Assembly (NCBI RefSeq): GCF_001194135.2
Contig: NC_069001.1
Span: 33,585,285-33,649,284, forward strand
Source of the DNA: Octopus bimaculoides
Lineage: Eukaryota
DNA: 64,000 bases
Direction: 5' to 3'
Positions 28,130-42,000 of this stretch are shown one piece after another. The position numbers and the translations under genes are program-made. The first letter of the stretch is position 1; every line of letters starts with the position of its first letter. Below the pieces are notes generated by a model, which had not been told where the DNA came from, searched no databases, and was given only the letters and a program-made list of their open reading frames with translations.

Positions 28130-28975
28130 ATAACTTTTTTTCAGTTTGAATAATTGTTGTATACAGTGTTCAGGTGCATTACAACTAAAGAAGAAAAAAA
28201 AGCGCGGAAACAGGGGCGGGGGCATCATGTATACTGTCGACGAAATTCAAGAAGCATGGAAGTTTTGAAGGATATAGTGTCGCGCCAGCTAACAACTGCT
28301 GCAAGTGGTTTATTCCGTGCTTCAACGATTCTGAGCGTGAAAAAATGTTTCCAAAAGTCATGGGTGCTGTGTTGGTTTCTGATTTTGTAAGCATGTCCAC
28401 GAGTGTTTGACATATGGAATTCAAGAAGGTGCTCAAGTTTGTTGTTGGAAAGATGGTGGATAATCTTGTGGGTGTCTGCCAAGTCAGTTGCCAGACGTCG
28501 GAGCTTTAATGTGTCCATGTCCAGGGAGGCAAGACGTTCAGACGGCGGGTATTCGTTTCGTTGCACGTTTCTGAACAGTTTCCAGGAGATTGATATGATG
28601 AGCAAGATAGGGGTTCCGGACTGGTGATGCAAACTAAGTGTGAATGTACCATAGGCATATACAGCTTTAAATAGATAACGGAGAGCAGCTAACCAAGGTC
28701 TCACTGAGTGATTTTAATACACCCTCAGCACCCTCAGTCTTCTTGACAATCCTAGAGATGTGGTTTGTCCAACGCAGATCATTGTTTACAATGATACCCA
28801 GGTCACGTTCGCTAACAGACCTTTTAAAACTGGTGTTGTTGAGGGAGTATGTAAAGCTGGGTTTTTCATCCTAAAGCGCATGGTGACGCATTTGTCTACA
28901 GCTAGCTTGAGTTGCCAGTCAGTAATCCATTCCTGCAGTGTGTCCAGGTCTGTAAGTATATTACATCGTCCCCAG
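28130..28975 (-). mobile_element. CR1 LINE, 5'-truncated 3' fragment
   Basis: DLDTLQEWITDWQLKLAVDKC and ERLASLDMDTLKLRRLATDLADTHKII...TRGHAYKI...KHFFTLRIVEARN are classical CR1 ORF2 C-terminal motifs. Confidence 0.85.
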
Positions 28976-29133
28976 TGCGGAATTTGAATACCCGGCATGC
29001 TAACGATTCCGCCAGAACTCCGTCTTACATTTTGGATGCATAATATTAAGAACCAGAACAAATACCGCAAAGCAGTTTGTCGACATCGACTCTTTGACAA
29101 TTCTGCCAATGATAATATCAATATATATATATA

Positions 29134-29140
29134 TATATAA

Positions 29141-29218
<78 letters not shown>
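29134..29218. repeat. (AAT)n microsatellite
   Basis: Read directly; others at about 18735-18792, 20001-20052 and 37957-38006. Confidence 0.9.
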
Positions 29219-29219
<1 letters not shown>

Positions 29220-31169
29220 GCACAGTTACTATTTACTTTATCAGTATTTATACCCATCTGAAGGGCAGTGGAGTACCAAAATCGGTAGTGTGGGGCTATT
29301 TAGATTACGTCACTTCATGATCTGACATTAAATTAACAATAACGTTGCCTCTCTTTGTCTATTGTTATTGTGATGGGACAGATGGACTGACACAGAAAAA
29401 GTGAGAGGACAAAGAAAAGGGAGTGTGTGTGTGTAAGAGAAAGTAGGTAGCTATAGAAAATAGGCGATGGATTTAGCACAGTCGTTACAGCCTCGGACGA
29501 AATGCCTTGTAATATTTATTCTGACTCTGTTTTCCTGAGTTCAAACCCTACAAAAGTCAGTTTCGCTTGCACCCTTCAAGGGTCAACATTATAAAGTACC
29601 AGTGTAAGACTGTAGACTGGTTGACTCACTAGAGAATCGGACGTGATGCGCTGTTGTTGTTGTTTTTATATGTTTTGAGTTAAATCCCGCCCTGGATTTT
29701 TTGAGAGATAAACTTATCAGTCGCTCGCTTCAACGCCAAGCACCTGGTCTTTCGCTGTTGCAAGCATCTAGACCAGGTTTCCTGCTTGAAGATACTTTCT
29801 TCTGCCGACCAATCTCGGTGGCTTAGAAAAAGGTTAAAAGAAATACTAAAAAAAAAAAAAGAAAAGAAAAAACAATAACCAGATATTGATCTTGATTTAA
29901 TCGTTACCCCTCCCCAAATTATATTGTCTAGTGACCAGTGGTATTAAGACTTTTCAGTGCGCTTAGTCTATCCACAACGAAGAGCATCTGCTCGATCTGC
30001 TAGAAATAGAAGCCAAATTTTCTCGAATCACACCATATCATCTTCAGGATATATTTGCATAATGTGTTTCTGGATATCCTATTCATAAGAAGTGGGATGG
30101 TCACGACTGGAATGCTTTTGATCATAAGTTTGCTTATGACTAAACAACAACAACAACAACAACAAAATGCGTGTTTCTACGTGGGTTGCTCGATCTACCA
30201 GAATAAATAGCCAGATTTCTTTAAATCATATTCTATCTTCTTAAAAACCAGAGGCGAGACACTGGACAAGGTAGTCCAAGATATGCAGGTAGACAGAAGT
30301 GTCACAACTGGACTGACTTTCGTTGTCTTCTGAACAACAGGAGGCTCCGACCAACGAGAGATCTATGTGCAAGAAACAGGAACTAAACCTCCTTCAAAGC
30401 ACATCCTACCATCTTAAAAGATAAGGGCACATCAGACAATGTAGTCCTAGATATACTATGTCCGAAGAAAAAAGACGGGATGATCTTGGCTGAAGCAACT
30501 TTGTTCATATACTTACTTGATCAGGGCTGACTTGAGACTAAATGACATTGCTTCTCTTTGTCTATTGTTATTGTGGTGTGACAGATGGACAAGATACAAA
30601 AAGTGAGAGGACAAAGAAAAAGTATTAGTGTGCGTGCGCGCGCGCGTGCGTGCGTGTAAAGGAGTGAGGTTGGGAGCGAAGTAGGTGAGTAGGTATGTAG
30701 GTAGATAGCTAGAAACGTAGGTCGAGAGAGTGAGTAATAGAGTTAAAGGGACAAAAAAGATCAATAGAATATCACTGACAGATAAAGAAAGAGAAAGAGG
30801 GAGAATGACAGAGACAGAGAGGTGGAGGGTGTGTGTTTAGCTTTACTGATTCTGTTACCCCCCTCTCACCTCAGCTTTAAATGTTCACTGGCCGAGTTAG
30901 CGAAGAAGCCTCTACTTGGTCACTTTAACCAAACCTCCTTAAAGTTTTACCCCACTGTGTTAGAAATGAACGCATTACATAATTTGGTATTTGGTTTCCC
31001 GCATTTAAGAAGAAGACGAGATAATCACGGCTGGTATACGTTTGATCAGAGATAAGCACAACATACCAAACCACTACAGAAAGGAGTAACGAAAAGTATA
31101 GAGAAAATCGAAACACTGCAACCAATTGCATGATATAAATCATAAAATAAACACTAAAAAGCTATATAT

Positions 31170-31252
<83 letters not shown>

Positions 31253-31569
31253 CTTTTTTTGGCCGCAAGTGCTGAAGACATTGCGAACAACATCAAAGGT
31301 CAAAATACAACACATAAAAAAGATGAGGTTAAGATCGTTGAGAAGGGAAACAATAAGGTTATAACAAAAGATGTAAAATTAGGATTCAAAAAGTCTTCAT
31401 TCAACAACAACACTGGTAACACCTTTTCCCTAACAGTTCCAGAGAATATACTCAGGTCGCAGCCCACATAGACGTCCTCATGATAAGGACTCAAAAGTCA
31501 GTTTAAGGACAAGAAGAAAAGAAAGAAGACAGGAACACAAGACGAAAGTTGCTTACCTTCCATTTTGTC

Positions 31570-32450
31570 AATGATTTGGGCACATTGCTTGCATCCCAAA
31601 AGCAATACAGAAATACCCAAACGCAAAAGCCCCCGAACCTGATTAAATCACAGACAAACAGTTAAAGCACTCACTAACATCTACAGCAATTAATACCAAC
31701 ACTTTTAATTTTCAAAATCTAAATGCCGAGCAAATTCATAATTCCAAGCCCAACAAGAGCTCAAGCGAAGTAGCTTTATGTTGATCTACCACCTTCCTAT
31801 GTATACAACCTAAAACTTTTTCTAGAAACACTGATCATTGAATCACTGAAGCAACGTACACATTCCCCTCACTAAATCACTACATTTAACCACCATATTG
31901 ATAACGGGCCCAGCACAGAGGATATATGACGGCTTTAACTCCAAAAACATCTCTCACAAGTTACGTAAGGGTACGTTGAGAGATTTTAAACTGTTAGGTA
32001 ACTATCAACACCAGTAACGCTTTCGACTCCATTTTTGCTATCCACTTAACAAAATAATCAACAAAAATACAAAACATTGGTTAGTAAACAACATGTCAAA
32101 TCAACAAGTGTATTTTTGTACAAAATTAACACTCCCAGAATTTGCAATATCCGAAAGGAGCATCACAAGGATCCGTCTTATCTATTCCGTTGATAGCCTC
32201 ATCACCAGATTGCATTACATTCACATCCCCACACTATTCTCAAGACTTAACCACTCTACTATCTCAACTTTACAATACAATACACATAAAGTAGGTTCCT
32301 ACCAAATCTATTGTCTCTCTTCTTACCAAGAACACCAGAGAACATCAAACCTAACTCAACACTAAATATACCACGCAAACACTGATAACAAAATACTAAG
32401 TGGTATATGTAACTCTTGTATAACACTCACACGCTCATAGAAAAGAAGGC
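31570..32450 (+). mobile_element. Possible highly decayed Penelope-like element RT remnant
   Basis: Motif-like fragments in the expected order across frames (NTFNFQN..EQI, HHIDN for RYIDD, FNSK, PRICN for RRICS); many stops. Confidence 0.4.
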
Positions 32451-34723
32451 TGTCATATTCGGCCATCAGAAAGAAACACAACGGCCTAGAATATGGTCGA
32501 GTCAGGTACTACATGCCTTTGGGAACAACAAAACTGCACCTCACTCAAATTCAGTGAGTGAGGAAAATATGTAAGCACTCAGAAAAGGTTTTAAAATAAA
32601 CCTGTCAAAGGACAAAAGGGCTTCCACCTGCAACTCCAGCAATCGCACAGCCACCAAGCGCTTATGCTAGAAACAGCAGTTACACACACCGAAATAAAAC
32701 AAAAAAGAGGAAACATTAGATGATGTAGTCCCAGATATCCATAAAAATACGAGATGTTCACGGCTGGAATACTTTTGACCATTGATCAGTTCAATGAGGG
32801 CTAACAGCAACCATCACCACATGTCAGTCCATTACCGCACCACCACCACCAGCCGTAGAACACAATCGTCCTACATGTAAAACTACCAGCACCTACTGCC
32901 TCCCCGCCATCACGACACTGGTCCCTAATCTGCCACTACAACCACCAACACAATATGTAACTCCCGTCTCCTCATCAACTACGATTTAACCACCCCGGCC
33001 AACACTTGCAAAATTACCTTCGCCACTCCACCGCCTCTATATTACCATCGCCCTCTCTGCATCCCCACCATCGCCTGCAACTTTACATGTAACTTCACCA
33101 CCCTGCCACGTGCGACACTATCCCCCTTCATCATTACAATTCCGACCCTTCACATACGTGTTGCTCCCTCACCAGAACTATCACCTGCAACTCCGCTACT
33201 TTGACTCCTTCCCATCATCACTATTTAGTCACTTCCCTAATTTCTATTATCCACGAAGTGCAACAAGTTATAAATAGAACTGTTCTTGTTGTTGTTGTCA
33301 TTGTGTCTCTTGCCACAGACGCTGCTGTCATTTTGTCTGTTACTACTATGGCTGATTTTGTTGTCATTGTGTCCATTGCAGCCGTCATCGTCTCTATTGT
33401 TGCTGTCACTATACTTTTTGCTGCTGTTGTTACCGTTATTGTGAATGTGTCTTTTGCTACTACCGCTGTTATTATGGTTGTTATTGTATTGTTGTTAATG
33501 CCACTGTTGTGGTCGTTGTTGTCTATTACTGTTGTTATTGTAATTATGATTGTTAATATTCCTGCCGTCGCTGCTGTATTACCGCTGTTGCTGTTGTTGT
33601 GTCTATTACTGCTGTTGCTGTTGTGTCTATGGTTGTTGTTGATAATTTTCTTGTTACTACTTTCTGGTTGTAATTATTTTTCATATTATATGTGTTGTTG
33701 CTAGTGTTGCTGTCATTATCGCCCTGGTCAACGCTCATCTAATAGATCTAAAGGCATTACAATTAAGACCATCTAATCTTTTAGTGGGTATCTACTACCC
33801 CATTATCAAATGCTTTTTAGCGACCTTTATACAACTTATTGAAGTTTTGGCCGCACATCAGTTTTCACCGGTTTATTGGAGCAATAAAACAGCTGTACTT
33901 CTCAGCCACATGCTAACTATATAAACGGAAATCGAAGCAGTTCTCCCCATTCTCTCTCTCTCTTTCTCTCTCTCTCACACACACACATGGACACACATAC
34001 ATACATACACACTTCTATATAACTCATCCATTGTGAGAAATCAGCACAATCTTTCGTCATCTCCTCTTGCTTCAGTTAGTCTTAATACAAAGCCTCTTTC
34101 AGTTGAACGGGATATCGATTTGCCGTATCTCTATTCCGCCAGGTTAACGACCACATACGTTTATTCCTTTTCTTTTATCTTCACAATATTTTACTACTCA
34201 CTTTACACGCTTACCCCGAGGGAACCTCCCAAAAACATTCAAAACATCTTTACTCCTCCTACAGTACGTACTAAATCAAACCCTATTTTTTAATGAATGT
34301 CACAATGAAATCGTTACTGTTCTCTGCATGAAATACCTATGCACTACGAACGTTTGGAAATTGTTTACAATTGTAATTTAACCCCATTACTTGTTCTTTA
34401 ACCCTGTACTACTTAAGCCAAAGTGATATAATTCTACTTTGTGTGTGCACACAATATCTCTGAAGCTCATAAACCGAATGTGGTGTGCTCTAAAATCGAA
34501 TAAAAAACAGAACACAAGTTTTACTCTCCCGTTCAGCCGTATCTGACAACTGTTGAACTACCTTTCTATTCAAGCGAGTGAATCTTTTTTTTTCAGTGCG
34601 CAATAATGCCATCGTGAGGATCGCCTAGAAACGGCAGGTAGTCTCTCCTGATGAACCCATAAGCCTCCTAGTGTCCAGTAGGTGAAGCTTTCAAATGGTA
34701 ACGCTTGAATCTGCAAGTTGTTT

Positions 34724-34762
<39 letters not shown>

Positions 34763-35564
34763 CGCGTCACTCTCTTTCTGTCTCTCTCCTTATATGTGTG
34801 TGTGTGTGTGTGCATATGTGTATAACTGCACACACACACACACACACATTTGATTGTACTCTTTTAATCCTTTCTCTGGGTAGACGTCGTTGCTTATTGT
34901 CGCTGCAGCTTTTGTTATGTTGTACTTAACGACCTCAATTTCTGCACTATAGTTTTAAATTCAGGTAGTTTACCTCAGTAACCGTTTCTATATTGTTATC
35001 TAAACACAGACACGTGCAAACGCGCAAGCGCACTGACACAACCGCGCACACGCACACATATACACATACGCACACGTGCGCGCGCGTGTAATAGCCCTAC
35101 TTTCTCGACTGCGTCATTGTGAGTACTTGAAGGGCTACAATCGTCGAGTCTCCTCTTCGGTTGAAATAAAAACTTGGGGTAGGAAAACAATAATTGCCAG
35201 GAAAAACCCTTTCGTATTCTAAATTTCAGGAGGTCGGTAGCACTTCTAGGAAATGCCCATATTCTGTTTGAAAATACTATCTATATTTGATTCGAAGCAC
35301 ACAACAAACATAATTTGAAACAAACATTTTGAAACGTATTTCTTGTAATATCATTCTGCTGTTAAAGAGGAAAACCAACATTGGTCTTGAATAAATCTAG
35401 AAAGAAATAATTAAGGGGAATCAGAGAGCCTCTTCGAGCCAATGGAGGAACTTTAACACTCTCACACGTTCTGTTAAAAATAGCTAAATCTGACCAAAAT
35501 CACATCACACAATAGGAACATGAATAAATAAATGAATAAATAAGCAACAGTTGTTTCAAGTTCT

Positions 35565-36200
35565 GGCACCAGACCGCAGTTTTAGTGGTAAGGGGACAAC
35601 TGTTTACTTTGTCTCCAGTACTGGATAGATACTTTGTTTCATCGGGCCCGAAAGGATGAAAGCAAAATCGACCTAGGCATTATTTGAACTCAAAATGTAA
35701 GGTGCTAGAAGAATCGCCCCTAAACATTTTGTCCGATACTCTGACGGTTCTGCCAGCTAACCGACTACTACTACTAATACTACTGCTGCTGCTGCTGCAA
35801 CAACAACTACTACTACTACTACTAATAATAATAATAATAATAATCCTTTCTACTAAAGGCACGAAGTCAGAAATTTTGGGGGAGGGGACTAGTCGATTAC
35901 ATCGACCCCAGTGTTTCACTGATACTTAATTTATCGACCTCGAAAAGATGAAAGGCAAAGTCGACCTCGGCAGAATTTGAACTCAGAACATAAAGACGGA
36001 CAAAATGCTGAAGCATTTTGCCCAGCATACTAACGATTCTGCCAGCTCACCGTTTCAAATTTTGACACAAGGCCAGTAATTTCGGGAGTTGAAGGGTAAG
36101 TAGATTACATCGATCCCAGTGCTTGACAATTACTCATTTTATCGATCCCGAAAGGGTGAAAAGCAAAATCGACTCTGCAGAATTTGAACCCAGAACATAA
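35565..36200 (-). mobile_element. Three head-to-tail copies of the tRNA SINE with a compound trinucleotide tract
   Basis: Core gaaaggatgaaag(g)caaa(a/g)tcgac(c)t repeats at about 35650, 35945 and 36150. Confidence 0.75.
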
Positions 36201-37364
36201 ACCAAAGTCAATAAATGGAACCTAAGAAAGTTTATTCAGATTACAGCCCTTTATATAATAGTTCAAATCGCATCGAAATCACTATTGCCTTTCAGCCTCC
36301 ACTGTGCGATAAAATGAAGTACCAGTCAAGAACGTTAGATAAAATACATTCCTAAAATAAGATCTGAATGAAGTTATAAGAGATGACCAAGATATACGTT
36401 AAATAAAAACATTGATAGCCAAGTCGTCTTTTGGAGAGGTTACAGCATCACCCAAAATACCAGTCGTATTTAGTCACTGCTCTTTATGTACTGAGTTCAA
36501 ATGCCACCGCAATCAACTTTGTTTTTAATCTTTCTAGAGTCGATGAAATGACAGTGAAATTAGTAACGTTGGCCCAATTATTTTTATCATCAATCATGTT
36601 TAGAATGGAATAAAAGAGAAGTAAGGGAAACAACTCTGCACTCAAACACACTTGAAATTGTAAGTAAAAGCCCAGCGAAATCTAATGATAGCAAAGGTAA
36701 GTCAGCTTAAACTTCGATGTCACTGTCATCCTTTTCCTTATAAAAGTTTAATAAACATGTTTTCTTCTAAAAATGTTGAGTAATACGTACATTTAGTGTC
36801 AGACTGTTTTATGTATAACTTGACGCAAAAACAAACAATAATGTGTGTGTGCGTGCGTGTATCTTTTACAGGTTTCAATCTGCGGCCATGCAGTCTTGAA
36901 GGATTTAGTCGAACAAATCAACCCCAAGCTATACCAGTCACCGGACTGTATGCCATACCAAAGACTCCGGCGTCTCTGTCCAAATCAAGAACTCAATGCT
37001 GTAACAGTTTAGGGTGCAAAGGACTACAAATTTTCGATACAGTACTAAAAGGTCTCTTTGCAGACGACGGTCTGGCATTCTTACGATACAGTCAGTCATC
37101 GAAACTGATATCGGGTAATCGTTGTTTTAATGCAGGAAATGTTGGCTCGTTCGGGCACGCTGACATTTTCTGTGTTCTGCCACTGGATACTCATGGTTTT
37201 GCTCAAACCTCATTTGTGGTATATTTCCAGATTATCAATATGTCACCGACTTGTCCACAGCAACAATTTTATTATACAATAACATTTATTTGTTTGTATC
37301 AGATGTTCCAATGTAGTTTAACAACAATAATAACAATGATAATAATAATAACCCTTCCTTTTTT

Positions 37365-37560
37365 GGCACAAGGCCAGCAATCTTGAAGCATGAGAATTCG
37401 ATTACAGCGACTCCAATGCTCAACTGGTACTTATTTTATCGACCCCGAAAAGATGAAAGGCAAAGTCGACCTCGCGGAATTTGAACTCAGAACGTAAAGG
37501 TGGAGGAAATGCCGCTAAGCATTTTGCTCAGCGCGGTAATGATTCTGCCAGCTAGCCACC
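37365..37560 (-). mobile_element. tRNA-derived SINE
   Basis: Same core with CpGs intact (gtcgacctcgcgg, aacgtaaagg, gccgctaag). Confidence 0.8.
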
Positions 37561-37699
37561 TTGATGATGATAATAATGATGATGACGAGAATGATGATGA
37601 TGATATGTCAGGTTTCTGCACCTCGTCTCTTTTCCAATCCACAGTTCCAGTCCCATGGTGTTTGAAGCAGGAAGTACATCGTACAATCATTAGCTAGAA

Positions 37700-37954
37700 A
37701 TGTAGGTGAGTCGGAAACACAAGATTGCGTGGGATTTTCCTATTCAAACAGTTAAGATGATGGAACATAAACCAAATATAGTAATAGACAAGGAAAATCG
37801 AATTTGGTTGATCCATCATATCCGTTTGATATTAGGATTGTGAAGAAAGAAGTTGAAAAACTACAACCCCATAAAATTTGAGATTACGAGGATGAGTAAC
37901 AAGCTACCCGTGTAAATAATTCTACTATGTATAAGACTAATCCTAGGTCAAGAC

Positions 37955-38008
<54 letters not shown>

Positions 38009-38325
38009 GTGCTACATTGGAAACTGCAAAGAAAGTGGCAAGACGTAGTATGAGCACAAACCACAGAGAGTGGCGGAGTCAAAAACCCTCAAAATCCTGT
38101 GGGATTTCTCAATCCAAACAAATCATGTGCTGGAGCATAATAAACCATACTTAGTGGTGGTGGACAAGGTGCACCACGTGTGCTGTATAGTTGAAGTTGC
38201 ATGTCCCTCTGACCCACGAATAGTCAAGAAGGAAAGCGAAAAAATAGATATATACAATTTCCTTGAGTACGAAATAGCCCGGCTATGGAAAATGCAGAAA
38301 GTGCAGTGCCAATTAGTGTTAGGTC
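37700..38325 (+). mobile_element. Two R4/Dong-like RLE-domain fragments separated by an (AAT)n array
   Basis: 38007-38325 reads YEHKPQRVAESKTLKILWDFSIQTNHVLEHNKPYLVVVDK..IVEVACPSDPRIVKKESEKIDIY..EIARLWKMQKV; 37700-37890 is a more decayed copy of the same domain. Confidence 0.8.
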
Positions 38326-38401
38326 CTTGTATGTATGTATGTATGTATGTATGTATGTATGTATGTATACATTATCAGGTCAGACACTTCTCCCTCTACA
38401 T

Positions 38402-38676
38402 CAGTGGTTCCCAAGCATTTTCGCGATGCGGCCCTCTTGGCACGCAGGCCACGTTCCTAGCGCGCACCTCCCAATCATCACCACAAATATAGACCACTTT
38501 CTGAAGCAAATTCAAAACAACCGTATTTCACAAATAAAACTTAACCTAATTAACCCATTATTTTGTTGTTTATACATCCATCGTCTCCTCTTGGTTTCCC
38601 CCTAATCGCTCCAATTTTCTTCAATGCACCCGGCTCCACAACTGGATCTTTCCACCGCCCGCTTTGGGATCCACTG
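38402..38676. mobile_element. hAT (Charlie-type) MITE, 275 bp, just upstream of UBA5
   Basis: TIRs CAGTGGTTCCCAA / TTGGGATCCACTG; flanking 8-mers CTCTACAT and CCCCGCAC match at only 4/8. Confidence 0.65.
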
Positions 38677-38942
38677 CCCCGCACTCTTTCGATGTTTAGC
38701 ACAGTCTTCCACGTAACATTTACATCTTGTCACTGATAACTATCTCTAAGGGAGATAATTGACAACAATACGAATAGATTGCTTGACTTATTTCCCTTTA
38801 TAACACGTAATCGTTTGGAGGCACGAACATTGGTGTGTCTGGATTACATTGTTATTCTTGTAAATTATCCTTTAAAAACAACCAAACAGAGCAACACCAT
38901 TACTTTTGGATTGATAACAAAAAATAAGAATATATTACAAAG

Positions 38943-39085
38943 ATGTCTGTTGAAGAATTACAGCGAAAAATCCATCAGCTTGAAGAAAAGTTGGCTGTTT
39001 ACGAACAGCAAGATGTCACATCTGGTCTCAAACGAACGAAAATCGACGTAATGAGCTCCGAAGTCGTTGATTCCAACCCTTACAG
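38943..39085 (+). CDS. UBA5: UBA5 exon 1 ([17 protein letters not shown]...[11 protein letters not shown])
   Basis: ATG at 38943; coiled-coil start and conserved [11 protein letters not shown]; donor AG|GTTAG at 39086, phase 2. Confidence 0.93.
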
Positions 39086-42000
39086 GTTAGCATTTATATT
39101 TATTCTTCGTAATTTATTCATTCAAGAAACGTCTTCTATAGAAACATCTCACCTATTTGTATTAGCAATTGCCTTTCCATAACATAAGCTCTATATGTTG
39201 ATCAATCAAAACAATTGAGAACCAGACTGAATTCATTCCTGTATCTAATTTGAAACTGTTCCGAGTTCTGATATCGACTTAACATTTAATTTCATCCCTT
39301 TATGGCATGAATATCTATACCCTTCCCGTACAAAAATTGCCATTGTACTGAGTTGAAACGACTCTAATGTCTACCATATGTCAAATTTGCTTTAGTTAGT
39401 ATGAAGCCGTATACCAATTATTGTTGCATACAAATTTGTAACTAATGCTAAACAAACAGTGTTGGTATTCGATATACACCACTGCTTATTATAAATCTAA
39501 TTTATTTATTTTCTTTCTAAATTTTCCTTTTTATTTATGCAGTAATGCATAATGAATGTATGTGGGTGATGAGGGATAAGCCATTTCAAAGGCGTGGGAG
39601 AACTATATTAAGTATCGTACTTAATACGTTGACAAGTTTAGAGATTTGGTAATTACCAACCAGTTTTCCAGAATCAAAGTATACCTTAGTTTAATTGTAA
39701 AATACGTCGTAAACCTGACAATGGACACACATTTAACGCTGAGTCTGACTCGGCTAAAACACGTGTAGTTTCTATGACAATGAGAGTATAAATTTAAATT
39801 AAAAAAAAAAAACAACTTTAAATGAACTGAAATTTGGTATAGCTCTTATTTTACGTATTCATTGCTTAATATTATTATTGCTAAAAGTTAACATCCGTCT
39901 TAACTAGAGACTGAACTCCTGTAGTTTAGAAGATATTCAGATGGTGATGATGATCGTTAGGTCTGATATGTTCACAGGAGCGGACACTTTGATCTAGTCC
40001 ACGATTCATAAATAAGGATGTGTCTGTTTCAAGAGAAATGAAGGGATGTTTAGACATTATTCATTGTTGATTTTACAAGCGTGGATTAGCACCTCACAGT
40101 TCTGATTGAGAAGATCTACAATCACATGCATTCCCACCTTGACCAACCATCCTGCTTGTGTCTTCTTTTTTCTTTTCTAGAACAACTTTATTCAATATTT
40201 CCGTCTTTTTTTAAAGATAGTGAGATGTGATTTAAGGGAGATTTGGCTGATGCTATTTCTATCAAGCGGACCAACTATATAGGGTCTCCCTTATTGGCTT
40301 ATAGGTTGTAAGTTTGAATCCACTGCAAGTATTTTGTTATATTTTTGGATAGATCACTTTATTCTACATTGATTCAGGATAACAACCTGTTAGAAATAAG
40401 TTCTAAACCATGTAGAAATTTTACTTGCAATAAACCAATATCATATCCAGAAGAAAAGTATCTCACATGTATGTACACCATGGAACCATGGCTTAGCTTC
40501 AGTTCTTAAAAGTCTCTATAAAAGGGTATACTTCTAATCTTGTTCTGAAACAATTTGGGTATTATAATCCCCAAAAGAGAACAAGCAATTCTGACAACTA
40601 AAGAAAAGCTAAAAGCATATAATTGTAAAGAATTATTGTTGTTTCTTTTCCATAACATTCTGCTATTCTAGATCTCTTCTTATTAAAATAATTTTATTTC
40701 CCCTCAACAGTCGATTAATGGCATTGAAACGTATGGGAATTGTTGACAATTATGAGGTGAGTGTAATTTTTAGTTTCATATAAAAGTAAAGTTTGTTGAA
40801 GGCAAAAAAGAATTATAATAATAAATATCAAGCATCTGTATAGAGGTTTTGTTCATTGTAATTAATGTAATGTTTGCTAAAGCCCAAGCTGCTCTGTCTA
40901 TAATTATTATAAATTATTCATATTTTAAGCAATGACTTTCAATATTTCTTTTCTTCACTACGACCAGCTGCAGCAAGTCCTCTTTTGATTATCTGTTATA
41001 AAACAATGACCAACATAAGTTTCCCTCTCACATTGTTGTGCTTTGGCTATTAACATCATGGCCCTATGCTCATGATATCAATATAGTCATTATATTGTGC
41101 CCTTAGGGAAAGTATAGAACCTTACTTGTTTCAGTCTGCCTAGTCAATAGGAAGGTTCTATCACTACTTTATGGTTGAGTAATTGGCAGAAAGAACTGAA
41201 ACGAGATAGTTTTTATTTTCTTAAAGCATATGTAAAATATGAGTTTGTAAATAGTTGTAAAATAGTTTAATTCTTTAATTCTTTACACAGGTCAAATTCA
41301 TTTGGTATCCATGCATCATATATGATACATGTTCCCACATTTTTTCAACCACCAGAGTGCCTTGTGAGAAGAAAGCTTTATAATACTCAGAATATTTGAA
41401 AGAAGGGTTAACTAAAAGTCAGAAAACAAACATGGACATTTGGGACAAACTTATGAAAATGCTTTGGACAAGCAATGGGTTAAAGTATCTTCTGTGACAC
41501 AGACAAATATTTATGGGTGCAGGTATAGCTGTGTGGTTAAAAGGTTCAATCTCATTGTATATATATATTTTTTTTTTCCAGGATATTCGTAATTTTTCCA
41601 TTGCTGTTGTTGGTGTTGGAGGTGTTGGCAGTGTGACAGCTGAAATGTTGACAAGATGTGGAATTGGAAAGGTATTTATTCCTCTGTAGCAACTTCATTG
41701 TTCCACTACCATGTCACTCTCGGTCTTGCTAGAACTTTGCACCAGTTACAAATTTGGTCTGTTGCCCTCAATAGGCTGTCCCTTACGCTATGCATTCTTT
41801 CTTATGCATCTCTATTTCCTCCTCCTCCTCATTCTCATCAAATGCTTCAATTGGGACTTCTCTAAATCTTTGACTGCTTGATAGATCTTTAAACTTCTAG
41901 TCTTTCTTTTCCAGTCTGGCTTGCATCTCATCTTGCTTTAAGTCTGAATCATCAGTTTACATTTGCTTTCCATCCTGGCATGTATAACTCCACGAGATTC

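Noticed and set aside
33201-33704. 167-aa hydrophobic ORF resembling a membrane protein
   Set aside because: Degenerate (GTT/GCT/ATT) trinucleotide low-complexity DNA; no splice context or recognisable domain.
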